Source: an uncultured Coriobacteriaceae bacterium
GTDB lineage: Bacteria > Actinomycetota > Coriobacteriia > Coriobacteriales > UMGS124
Length of the DNA stretch: 39,360 nucleotides
Assembly: GCA_964390275.1 (NCBI GenBank)
Contig: CAYMHQ010000003.1
Span: 1 to 39,360 of the forward strand
Direction: 5' to 3'
How positions within the stretch are numbered: position 1 is the stretch's first letter; each line of letters begins with the position of its first letter. The notes under the pieces were generated by a model. That model was not told where the DNA came from and ran no database searches. It saw nothing but the letters and a program-made list of their open reading frames with translations. The position numbers and the translations under genes were made by a program. This document shows, in pieces, positions 9,309 through 18,153 of the stretch.

Positions 9309-9695
9309 GTGGGCGACGTTCGCGAGGAGTGCGGCGGGCCTGACATGCCCGGCGAGTTCGACATCCATTCGTGCTACTTCTCGTTCCGCTCGCCGGACGA
9401 GGACGGCGCCATGGCGAAGTACGACGCGCTCTTCTGGTTCGAGGACCCCTCCTCGGCGACGCGCTACCTCGTCTACGCCGACTACGAGGCCGACGAGTCC
9501 GGAGAGGTGGGGCTCTACGCCTCGACCGTGGTCGACTTCGCCGAGGTCGAGCACGCCGTCGCCGTCTACGAGTCTGGCGGGTCGCCCAAGAAGCCCCCGG
9601 TCGTGAATCTCAGGCCCGTCGAGACCCCCGAGGGGGAGGCGGCGGTCGCCCGCGCGCTCGAGCAGGTCGACGCCGAGGAGGGCGACCCCGCGTAG
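9309..9695 (+). CDS. Small acidic protein, DUF1292-like (tentative)
   Basis: GTG start 10 nt after GGAGG (9294-9298). The pattern DEDG..Y..LF.FE...YLVY.D.E.DE.GEV ... L.PVET.E resembles the DUF1292/UPF0473 family. G/C dominates the third codon position, as in neighbouring genes. Confidence 0.5.
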   Translation: MGDVREECGGPDMPGEFDIHSCYFSFRSPDEDGAMAKYDALFWFEDPSSATRYLVYADYEADESGEVGLYASTVVDFAEVEHAVAVYESGGSPKKPPVVNLRPVETPEGEAAVARALEQVDAEEGDPA

Positions 9696-9876
9696 CGGAC
9701 TGCCGCGCGTAGCCGCTCGGCCGGCCCTCATCGCGGCCCGCCAGCTCGCGCGTGCGGCGCGGGCCCGGCTGTGGTACAACGTTAATCGTGCAAGGTTTCA
9801 GCGCGGGGCGGCAGCGGTGCCGCCTCGCTTCGTGTCCGGAGTCAGCAGGAGTCAACAGAACAGGAAGGCGGTCGCC

Positions 9877-11376
9877 ATGTCGGCAGACGCATCTGAGAAG
9901 CCCGTCGCTCCCGAGGAGCGCGAGAAGCCCCGTCGCGCGTTCAGGAAGGTCCCGGAGCCGGTCGAGCGGCGCCTCACGTGGTCGTGCGCCGGCGAGTCGT
10001 TCGACTATACGGCCAAGGCGGGCCACGTCGAGATTCGCGAGGACGACGGCGAGCCCGTGGGCTCGATGTTCTGCATCGCCTACACGCGCGTCGACGCAGA
10101 GGGCCGCGAGGACCCGGCGCGTCCCGTCACGTTCTGCTTCAACGGCGGCCCGGGCAGCGCGAGCGTGCTTGTGAACGTCGGCGGCATCGGTCCGCGCCGC
10201 GTCGTCCCCAACGGCGACCGCCGCATCGGTCCGGCCCCCTACACGATCGAGGACAACGCGAACACCCTGCTCAGGACCAGCGACCTCGTGTTCATCGACG
10301 CCCTGGGCACCGGCTGGTCGGTCCTCGCCGAGGGCGTGGAGGGCAAGCGCGCCTTCGGGGTCGACCCCGACGCTGACTGCTTCGCTCGCTTCGTCCAGTC
10401 CTGGCTTGAGGGGAGCGGCAGATGGAACTCCCCGCTCTACCTGTTCGGCGAGTCGTACGGCACCACGCGCAACGCCGTCCTCTGCCGCGAGCTCGAGCGC
10501 AGGGGCGTGGGCCTCAACGGCGTCGTCATGCTCTCGGCCATCTTCGACTGGGTCTCGACCATCCCCGGCAACGACGCGAGCTACATCCAGATGCTGCCCA
10601 CGTTCGCCTGCATCGCCAAGTATCACGGCAAGTCCGAGGCGGGCCGCGACCTCACGCAGGCCGAGCTCTTCGACCGCGCCGCGACCTTCGCAGAGACCCG
10701 CTTCGCGCCCGCCCTGCTCCTCGGCGACCGCCTCGCCCCCGAGGAGGAGCGCGCGCTCGCCGAGGAGATGGCGGCCCTCATCGGCCTTCCTCTCGACTAC
10801 ATCCTGCGCAAGCATCTTCGCATCGAGCTCACCGACTTCCGCCAGGAGCTCCTCAGGGACGAGCGTCGCGTCTGCGGGCGTCTTGACGGGCGCTTCACGT
10901 TCGAGGCGGGCAACTTCCTCCAGGGCAGCGCCGAGGGCACGGCCGAGGAGGACCCGAGCGACTCCTGCACCATGGCGGCGTGGAACGCGGGCTTCAGGGC
11001 TATCGTGGGCGGCGAGATCGGCTACCGCAACCCGCTGCCGTACGGCCTCAGCAACTGGGAGACCGTGGGCCTGTCGTGGGACCACACCCACACGAGCGCG
11101 GGCGCAACCTGGCGCGCCAAGACGCCCAATGTCGCCTACGACCTCGCCGAGACCATGCGCCACAACCCCGGCATGAAGGTGCTTGTGCTTGGCGGCTACT
11201 TCGACCTCGCCACGTGCTTCCTGGGGCCCGTCGAGGACATGGCGCGCATGTACCTGGGTGACGAGGTCAAGGCGAACCTGACCTGGAGGCTTTACGAGGC
11301 CGGCCACATGATCTACGTCGACCAGGCCTCGGCCGACGCGATGGCGAAGGACGTCGAGGAGTTCTACCGCGCGTAA
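9877..11376 (+). CDS. Serine carboxypeptidase-like protein (peptidase S10 family)
   Basis: FCFNGGPGSAS, catalytic-serine motif LFGESYGT and C-terminal EAGHMIYVDQ. I prefer ATG 9877 (AGGAAGG RBS 9 nt upstream) over the track's GTG at 9817, which lies inside a hairpin. Confidence 0.8.
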   Translation: MSADASEKPVAPEEREKPRRAFRKVPEPVERRLTWSCAGESFDYTAKAGHVEIREDDGEPVGSMFCIAYTRVDAEGREDPARPVTFCFNGGPGSASVLVNVGGIGPRRVVPNGDRRIGPAPYTIEDNANTLLRTSDLVFIDALGTGWSVLAEGVEGKRAFGVDPDADCFARFVQSWLEGSGRWNSPLYLFGESYGTTRNAVLCRELERRGVGLNGVVMLSAIFDWVSTIPGNDASYIQMLPTFACIAKYHGKSEAGRDLTQAELFDRAATFAETRFAPALLLGDRLAPEEERALAEEMAALIGLPLDYILRKHLRIELTDFRQELLRDERRVCGRLDGRFTFEAGNFLQGSAEGTAEEDPSDSCTMAAWNAGFRAIVGGEIGYRNPLPYGLSNWETVGLSWDHTHTSAGATWRAKTPNVAYDLAETMRHNPGMKVLVLGGYFDLATCFLGPVEDMARMYLGDEVKANLTWRLYEAGHMIYVDQASADAMAKDVEEFYRA

Positions 11377-11388
11377 GGCTCCGCCCGG

Positions 11389-13962
11389 CTACCCGATCCG
11401 CTCGAAGAGATGCCCGGGGTTCGCCCCGGGCTCGCGCGGGTCGGGGGCCCTGCCGACGGCGGCCGCCTCGAGCGCGCGCCTCATCCGGGCGACCGCGCGG
11501 GCCGTCTCGTCGCAGGAGAGGACCCGCGCGTCCACCATGAACCGGGTCACGCCCATGCCGATGAGCTCGGGCACCTGGGGCGTCGCGTCGAGCGGGCCCG
11601 CCTGCCAGAGGCGCGACCTTCCGAGGGCGTCGCTCGTGACGAGGGATGGGCGGTCGAACTCGTCGCGCAGCGTGAGCCGCCGGGCACGCCGCTCGCACGA
11701 GGCGCACCGCTGCGCGCAGGGGCCCATCGCCTGGAGCAGGCAGTGCTCGGTCGTCATGGTGCGCTGGTGGCCGTAGACCACGATGCCCAGGGGGAGCCGC
11801 GTCGTGGCGGCGAGCGTCGCGATCTCCATGAGCTCGAGCTCGGGGGAGAGCCACACGCCCGCCGCCCCGGCGCGCTCCATCTCCTCGAACGCGACGTGGT
11901 TGTGGAGCGGCAGCGTGTTCCAGAGCCAGGGCGCGCACCCGCGCTCGACGGCGAGCGAGAGCCAGCCCACCGTGCCGACCCCCGCCTCGCGACCGTTCGC
12001 GAAGAGCCCCTCGAGGCGCCGTATATCGGACTCCCTGCTCACCTCGTCGAAGAGCGGGACCACGCCCTCGGGCCAGTCCTCTGCGCCGCCTTCCGCGAGG
12101 TCGCGCCTGCCGCTCGAACCTGGGCCGAGCGCGAGGTCGTCGGCGGGGGCGTAGACAACCGTAGCGCCTTCGTCGAGGGCCGCGCGCGCCGCGGCAGGGG
12201 AGGTGACGAGCGCGCACACCCCCGGACGCCCCGCCTCCCGGTCGGAAGCGCCCCCGGACGCACGTCCCGCGACCCTCCGCCGCGCCTCGACGCTGCACGG
12301 CGGCTCGATGGCTTCCCTCGCGCGCGTCTCCCACGGCTCAAGGATGGCCTCCTCGAGCATCTCGGCCGCGCGCGCCCGCAGCGCGTGGAGCGCGGAGAAG
12401 CCCATCCCCACGCCCTCGTCGAGCTCGACCTGCCAGCCCGCCACCTCGAAGGGGCTCGTCCCGAACCTCCCCACGTGCTCCATGACGTCCTCGACCGTCA
12501 CGCTCTTCGTGCGCGCTGCCTCCACGGTCGCGCCCTCCGCGACCACGCGCACGACGCCGTCCCCGAGCGCTGGGTGGCAGTCGCCCGCCACCGTCGCGAG
12601 CTCGATCGCCAGTGGCTCCCCCAGCCGTGCCGTGACGCGCACGTCGACGCGCCGCTTGCGCGGGTACCTGCGGGCGGCGTACTCGCGGGCGCGCGCCATG
12701 CCCTCCTCGCTGCGGATGACGCGCACGGGGCATCCGGCGCGCATGGGGCGGGGGAGCGCGAGCGTGAGCGTCTCGCCGGCCTCGCAGTCGCGCGGCGCCG
12801 GCACCGTCACGTAGTCGTCGAACTCGTCGGGGTCGCGGATCTCGAGCAGGTCCCCGGTCCCCACCGGCTCGTCGAGCGCGACCGTCGCCCGGCGCTCGCC
12901 CGCGAAGGTCACGACGCCGGCGAGCTGCCCGCGGTTGTTGCCGCGCTCGTAGGACATCATGTCGGGCCCGCTCTCGCCGCGCAGGTACGCGTTCGTGAAA
13001 TCCCTGTTGAAGGCCCTGGCGAGGGCGCGCATGACCTCGGGCGTCGCCTCCGGGTCGCCGCCGCGCGCGTACTCGTCGAGCGCCTCGCGGTAGCAGCCCA
13101 CGACGGTCCCCACGTAGTCGGGCGCCTTCATGCGCCCCTCAACCTTGAGCGCGGAGCAGCCTGCCTCGGCAAGCTCGCCTATCATCCCCACGGTGCAGTT
13201 GTCGCGCGGCGAGAGGAGGCGCGTCCCGCACGCGCGGGAGACGTCATTCCCCGCCTCGTCGAGCAGGCGGTAGGGGAGCCTGCAGGGCTGGCGGCAGAGC
13301 CCGCGGTTCGCCGACCTGCCGCGCTGGAAGCTGCTGAGCAGGCACTCGCCCGAGTAGCACACGCAGAGCGCGCCGTGCCCGAACACCTCGAGTTCGACCC
13401 CTTCGTGCGAGCAGGCCTCGATCTCGCCGAGCGAGAGCTCGCGCGAGAGCGTCACCCGCGAGCAGCCCCGGTCGCGCGCGAACCGCACGCCGCGCGGCTC
13501 GTGGACGTTCGCCTGGGTCGAGAGGTGGAGCTCCGCCTGCGGCCACAGCTCGTGCACCGCCCGCAGGAGGCCCCAGTCCTGCACGATGAACGCGTCGGCG
13601 CCCGCCTCGATGCAGTCGTGGACGAGGGCGAGGGCGTCTGCCAGCTCGTCCTCGCGGATGAGGATGTTCACGGTCACGTAGACGCGCGACCCGGCGAGGT
13701 GTGCGAGCCGGCACGCCTCGCGGAACGCCTCGCCGTCGAGGTTGTCGGCGTTCCTCCGCGCGTTGAAGGCCCCCTGCCCGCAGTAGATCGCGTCGGCGCC
13801 CGCTGCGAGCGCGGCCTTGAACGCGTCGAACGAGCCGCCCGGGGCGAGCAGCTCCGGCACGCGCCTGCGACCCGCGGTCTTGGTGGGGTCCGCCTCGGAC
13901 GCGAGCTCTGTTTCGGTCGTGCGCGCCTCGGGGGACGTCTGGTCTGAGGAGATGGGGGGCAT
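11389..13962 (-). CDS. U32-family protein with two tandem U32-like modules
   Basis: Module 1 carries ELLAPGGSFDAFKAALAAGADAIYCG and GALCVCYSGECLLSS..RSANRGLCRQPCR. Module 2 repeats the same layout: LSPELELMEI...VVYGHQRTMTTEHCLLQAMGPCAQRCASCERR. The gene is convergent with the S10 gene, with only 12 nt between the two stops. Confidence 0.85.
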   Translation of the reverse strand: MPPISSDQTSPEARTTETELASEADPTKTAGRRRVPELLAPGGSFDAFKAALAAGADAIYCGQGAFNARRNADNLDGEAFREACRLAHLAGSRVYVTVNILIREDELADALALVHDCIEAGADAFIVQDWGLLRAVHELWPQAELHLSTQANVHEPRGVRFARDRGCSRVTLSRELSLGEIEACSHEGVELEVFGHGALCVCYSGECLLSSFQRGRSANRGLCRQPCRLPYRLLDEAGNDVSRACGTRLLSPRDNCTVGMIGELAEAGCSALKVEGRMKAPDYVGTVVGCYREALDEYARGGDPEATPEVMRALARAFNRDFTNAYLRGESGPDMMSYERGNNRGQLAGVVTFAGERRATVALDEPVGTGDLLEIRDPDEFDDYVTVPAPRDCEAGETLTLALPRPMRAGCPVRVIRSEEGMARAREYAARRYPRKRRVDVRVTARLGEPLAIELATVAGDCHPALGDGVVRVVAEGATVEAARTKSVTVEDVMEHVGRFGTSPFEVAGWQVELDEGVGMGFSALHALRARAAEMLEEAILEPWETRAREAIEPPCSVEARRRVAGRASGGASDREAGRPGVCALVTSPAAARAALDEGATVVYAPADDLALGPGSSGRRDLAEGGAEDWPEGVVPLFDEVSRESDIRRLEGLFANGREAGVGTVGWLSLAVERGCAPWLWNTLPLHNHVAFEEMERAGAAGVWLSPELELMEIATLAATTRLPLGIVVYGHQRTMTTEHCLLQAMGPCAQRCASCERRARRLTLRDEFDRPSLVTSDALGRSRLWQAGPLDATPQVPELIGMGVTRFMVDARVLSCDETARAVARMRRALEAAAVGRAPDPREPGANPGHLFERIG

Positions 13963-14229
13963 CCGGTTCGCCTAACTGCCGTGGTGTGGTCGCCCGGGCG
14001 CGGCGCGCCGCGGGTCATTCGGAAAGTCGCAAGGCGGCATGGTAGCAGGTCGATGTGTGCGTGAGGCGGACGCCCTGTGCGCGCATGGGATATGTGCGCA
14101 GGCAGGCGCCGCGGACGGGGCCGCTCGGGGCGCGCGGTATATACTTCTCCCTCGCAAGGGGCCGCCCCACCAACGCTTCGCGAATCGTGACGCCCCGCGC
14201 CCACGCCGTCCCCGAGGAGGTATGCACAG

Positions 14230-15381
14230 TTGAACGAAGGTCAGACAGCCGGCCTGTTCTCGTACGAGGTCCTGGCCGAGGACCCTACCACCCACGCCCG
14301 CGCCGGCGTCTTCCACACGGCCCACGGCGACATCCACACCCCCGTCTTCATGCCCGTCGGCACCAAGGGCACGGTGAAGGGGCTGCTCCCCGAGGTCGTC
14401 AGGTCGCTCGGCGCGCAGATCGTCCTCGCGAACACCTACCACCTCGAGATGCGCCCCGGCTCGCGGGTTGTCGAGGGCCTCGGCGGGCTGCATGAGTTCA
14501 TGCGGTGGGATCGCCCCATCCTCACCGACTCGGGCGGGTTCCAGGTCTTCTCGCACGGCGACCTCGTTAAGCTCTCGAACGAGGGCGTGGCGTTCCGCGT
14601 CGACGACTACGACGGCGCCCACGTCTTCTGGACGCCCGAGGAGAACATGGCCATCCAGCAGCGTCTGGGGGCCGACATCGTGATGCAGCTCGACCAGTGC
14701 CCGGGCTACCCGGCCGAGCGCTCCTTCGTCGAGCGCGCCGTGGAGCTCTCAAGTATGTGGGCCGAGCGCTGCTTCAAGGCCCACACCAGGCCCGACCAGG
14801 CGCTCTTCGGCATCGTCCAGGGCGGCATGCACCTCGACCTTCGCCTTCGCTCGCTCGAGCACCTCGAGTCGTGCGGTGACTTCCCCGGCTACGGCATCGG
14901 CGGCTACAGCGTGGGGGAGGAGCACGACGTCATGTTCGAGACGCTCGCCCCCCTCGTGTCCGAGCACATGCCGCGCAACAAGCCCCGCTACCTGATGGGC
15001 GTCGGCAACCCCACCACGCTCGTGCGCGGCGTGGCGTGCGGCATCGACATGTTCGACTGCGTGCTGCCCACGCGCACCGCCCGCTCCGGCACGGCGTTCT
15101 CGCACACCGGCCGCATGAACATGCGCAACGCCCGCTATGCGACCGACGCGGGCCCGCTCGACCCGCAGTGCCGCTGCCCCGTCTGCACGGGCGGCTACTC
15201 GCGCGGCTATCTGCGCCATCTCGTCACGCAGAAGGAGATGCTCGGCGGCATCCTGCTCTCGATGCACAACGTGTTCTTCCTCGTCGACCTCATGGACCGC
15301 GCCCGCGAGGCGATCATGGAGGGCCGCTACGGGGCGTTCGTCGACGACTGGATGGCGAGCGAGGCGGCGAACGACTACTGA
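14230..15381 (+). CDS. tgt: Queuine tRNA-ribosyltransferase (tRNA-guanine transglycosylase)
   Basis: PVFMPVGTKGTVKG, LTDSGGFQVFS and the zinc motif CRCPVCTG...H. TTG start 10 nt after GAGGAGG. Confidence 0.9.
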   Translation: MNEGQTAGLFSYEVLAEDPTTHARAGVFHTAHGDIHTPVFMPVGTKGTVKGLLPEVVRSLGAQIVLANTYHLEMRPGSRVVEGLGGLHEFMRWDRPILTDSGGFQVFSHGDLVKLSNEGVAFRVDDYDGAHVFWTPEENMAIQQRLGADIVMQLDQCPGYPAERSFVERAVELSSMWAERCFKAHTRPDQALFGIVQGGMHLDLRLRSLEHLESCGDFPGYGIGGYSVGEEHDVMFETLAPLVSEHMPRNKPRYLMGVGNPTTLVRGVACGIDMFDCVLPTRTARSGTAFSHTGRMNMRNARYATDAGPLDPQCRCPVCTGGYSRGYLRHLVTQKEMLGGILLSMHNVFFLVDLMDRAREAIMEGRYGAFVDDWMASEAANDY

Positions 15382-15527
15382 CGACGTGCAGACCGTCTGG
15401 TGAGTCGCGCCTCTCGCCTTCCGGCGGGCAGCTATCGTCTATACTGATTTTTTATGCGTCTTTGCGGGGCCGTTATGCATGCGCGCCCCGTGGACATGCG
15501 TCCGTTTTGTGACTTTGGAAGGTGCGT

Positions 15528-17051
15528 ATGGCTGACGAAAACAAGGAAGAGCGGGAGAGCGCCGCTGCGGCCTGGGCCCAGGCCACCGGCGGGGGAGCCG
15601 GGAAGGGCTCCTCGAGACCGTCCAAGAAGCGCGGCGGGAAGAAGCGCGGGCACCGCTTCCCGGCGGAGGCGCGCAAGTACGCGGGCACGCTCATCGCGCT
15701 GCTCGTGATACTCGTGATCTGCGTCATCGGGTTCACCCCGCTCGGCGAGAAGATCACCCAGGGCCTCGACATCCAGGGCGGCGTCTCGGTGATCATGACC
15801 GCCACCAAGCCCGACGGCTCTGCCGTTACGGACACCGACATGGACTCGGCCGTGACCGTCGTCACGAACCGCGTGAACTCGCTCGGCGCGAGCGAGGCCA
15901 CGGTGCAGCGCCAGGGCACGAACCAGATCCTCATCCAGATCCCGGGCGCGACCGACGCGCAGCAGGTCATCGACACGATCGGCACCACGGGCAGCCTCGA
16001 GTTCGTCGACCTCAACGATATCGGCGACCAGGACGCGCTCAACCGCATCACGCTCGGCGTCAAGAACGTCAAGCTCGAGCCGGGCACCTACACCGCGTTC
16101 ATGACCGGCGACCAGATTCGCACGGTGAGCATCGGCCAGGAGTCCCAGGGCAGCGCGTACTACGCGGTGAACCTCAAGCTCGACTCCGAGGGCACCGAGG
16201 CTTTCGCCGAGGTCACCTCGTACCTCTCCGCCACGCACGGCGCCATCGCGATCGTGCTCGACGGCGTGGTCCAGAGCGCGCCCTCCGTCCAGAGCTCGAT
16301 CCTCACCGGCGAGGTCTCGATCACGGGCAGCTACTCGCTCGAGGACGCGCAGGCGTTCAAGACGGTCCTCGAGTCGGGCGCCCTGCCCGTCACGCTCGAG
16401 TACTCCGAGTCGAGCTTCGTGGGCCCGACCCTCGGCCAGGACTCGCTCAACGAGGGCCTCATCGCCGTCGTGGTCGGCTTCGTGCTGATCCTCGCGTACC
16501 TCCTGTTCTTCTATCGCGGCCTCGGCCTCATCACCGCCGGCGCGCTGCTCGTGTTCGGCATCGTCTACCTCGGCATCTTCGCGCTTCTGTCCTCGATGGG
16601 CCTCTTCGCCCTGTCGCTGCCGGGCCTCGCGGGCATCGTGCTCACGATCGGCATGGCGGCCGACTCGTCGATCCTCGTCCTCGAGCGCTTCCGCGAGGAG
16701 CTGCGCCTCGGGCGCGCCGTCCGCGTGGCCGCGGTCACCGGCTCCAAGCACGGCATCGGCACCGCGATCGACGCCGGCCTCGTGTCGCTCATCTCGGCGT
16801 TCGGCCTGTTCTTCCTCACGACCGGCTCGGTGCGCGGCTTCGCGCTCACGCTCGGGCTCGGCGTCCTGTGCTCGTTCTTCACGCTGCTCTGCTTCACCAC
16901 GCCGGCGCTCCGCCTGCTCGGCAGGGGCGCCATAGACGCGCACCCCGTCTTCTGGGGCGTGTCCGAGGACATCGCGGAAGGGCGCGCCCTGGGCGGTGGT
17001 TCGAAGACCGTCTCGCCGTCGAACAAGAAGGGGGGCGGTCTCGTTGCGTAG
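15528..17051 (+). CDS. secD: Protein translocase subunit SecD
   Basis: GLDIQGGVSVIM, a large periplasmic domain and a C-terminal 6-TM block. ATG 15528 is preferred (GGAAGG RBS) over the in-frame GTG at 15522. The N-terminus is a Lys/Arg/Gly-rich extension. Confidence 0.9.
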   Translation: MADENKEERESAAAAWAQATGGGAGKGSSRPSKKRGGKKRGHRFPAEARKYAGTLIALLVILVICVIGFTPLGEKITQGLDIQGGVSVIMTATKPDGSAVTDTDMDSAVTVVTNRVNSLGASEATVQRQGTNQILIQIPGATDAQQVIDTIGTTGSLEFVDLNDIGDQDALNRITLGVKNVKLEPGTYTAFMTGDQIRTVSIGQESQGSAYYAVNLKLDSEGTEAFAEVTSYLSATHGAIAIVLDGVVQSAPSVQSSILTGEVSITGSYSLEDAQAFKTVLESGALPVTLEYSESSFVGPTLGQDSLNEGLIAVVVGFVLILAYLLFFYRGLGLITAGALLVFGIVYLGIFALLSSMGLFALSLPGLAGIVLTIGMAADSSILVLERFREELRLGRAVRVAAVTGSKHGIGTAIDAGLVSLISAFGLFFLTTGSVRGFALTLGLGVLCSFFTLLCFTTPALRLLGRGAIDAHPVFWGVSEDIAEGRALGGGSKTVSPSNKKGGGLVA

Positions 17052-18153
17052 CCACTTCAAGCACGAGATTCAGTTCGTCAAGTACCGCAAGGTCCTGTTC
17101 GCCATCTCCATCGCCATGGTCGTCATCGCCCTCGTGGGCCTCCTCGCGCGCGGCCTCAACTTCGGCATCGACTTCCTGGGCGGCACCCAGGTCACGTTCA
17201 ACGAGACGGGCGACGTCACCATCTCCCAGATGCGCGACGCGCTCAACGAGCAGGGTGTGACCGACGCGGTGGTCCAGACCACCGTCTCGGGCGACTCGAA
17301 CGGCTTCATGGTGCGCACCGGGGAGACCGACCCCGTCGTCGCCAACGAGGTCGCGAGCGCCGTGGCCTCCTCGCTCGGCCTCGACGACGGCAGCTACAGC
17401 AGCAAGACCATCGGCCCCAACTGGGGCGGCGACGTCACGCGCGCCATGGTCATCGCGTTCTTCGTCGTCATCGCGCTCATCGTCATCTTCGTCTCCGTGC
17501 GCTACGAGCTCAAGATGGCCCTCATGGGCGTCCTCTCGCTCGTGCAGGTCCTCGTCATCGTGGCCGGCATCTACGCGTGGACGCAGTTCGAGGTCACGCC
17601 CAACGTCGTGGCGGCGCTCCTCACCATCATGGGCTACTGCCTCTACGACACGGTCGTCGTCTTCCACCGCGTGAACGAGAACATCCGCACGCTCAAGGAC
17701 GGCGTTCACCGCACGGCCCTGCAGATCACGAACTGGTCCGAGAACCAGGTCATCGTGCGCTCGATCAACACGGCGCTCACGAGCGTGGTCCCGGTCGTCG
17801 CGATGCTCGTCTTCGGCGGAGAGACCCTGCGCGGCTTCGCCTTCGCGATGACCGTGGGCCTCGTGCTCGGCGCCTACTCGTCGATCGCCGTCGCCGCCCC
17901 CGCCTACGCGCTCTGGAAGGGCCGCGAGCCCGAGTGGCGCGCAGCCGAGCAGAAGTACGGCGAGGCGGCGCAGCTCGCGGCGAAGTCCCAGGCCGCCGCG
18001 CCCGCCCAGCCCGCCGCTGATGGCGACACCTCTGCCGGCGACTCCGCTGCGAGCTCGGCCCCCGCGTCCTCCGCGAAGTCCGGCGCACGTCCCGGCGAGC
18101 AGGCCGAGCCTCGGCCCCGTAAGGCCAAGGTGAAAAAGAATAAGGTGGTGTGA
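17044..18153 (+). CDS. secF: Protein translocase subunit SecF
   Basis: LNFGIDFLGGTQV and a 6-TM block. TTG 17044 (AAGGGGGG upstream) overlaps the secD stop by 8 nt. The upstream part of the track ORF (16996-) overlaps the secD coding sequence. The C-terminus is an Ala/Gln/Ser-rich tail that turns basic at the end. Confidence 0.8.
   Translation: MRSHFKHEIQFVKYRKVLFAISIAMVVIALVGLLARGLNFGIDFLGGTQVTFNETGDVTISQMRDALNEQGVTDAVVQTTVSGDSNGFMVRTGETDPVVANEVASAVASSLGLDDGSYSSKTIGPNWGGDVTRAMVIAFFVVIALIVIFVSVRYELKMALMGVLSLVQVLVIVAGIYAWTQFEVTPNVVAALLTIMGYCLYDTVVVFHRVNENIRTLKDGVHRTALQITNWSENQVIVRSINTALTSVVPVVAMLVFGGETLRGFAFAMTVGLVLGAYSSIAVAAPAYALWKGREPEWRAAEQKYGEAAQLAAKSQAAAPAQPAADGDTSAGDSAASSAPASSAKSGARPGEQAEPRPRKAKVKKNKVV

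Noticed and set aside
11410-13947. An 845-aa plus-strand ORF spanning the whole U32 gene.
   Set aside because: It is another shadow frame. The minus-strand product has unmistakable U32 motifs, whereas the plus-strand product is Arg/Gly/Ala/Pro/His low complexity.
15382-15527. I looked for yajC between tgt and secD, which is the usual tgt-yajC-secDF order.
   Set aside because: The 146-bp gap has no ORF of suitable size. It probably just holds a promoter-like TATACT. Absence from this locus says nothing about the rest of the genome.
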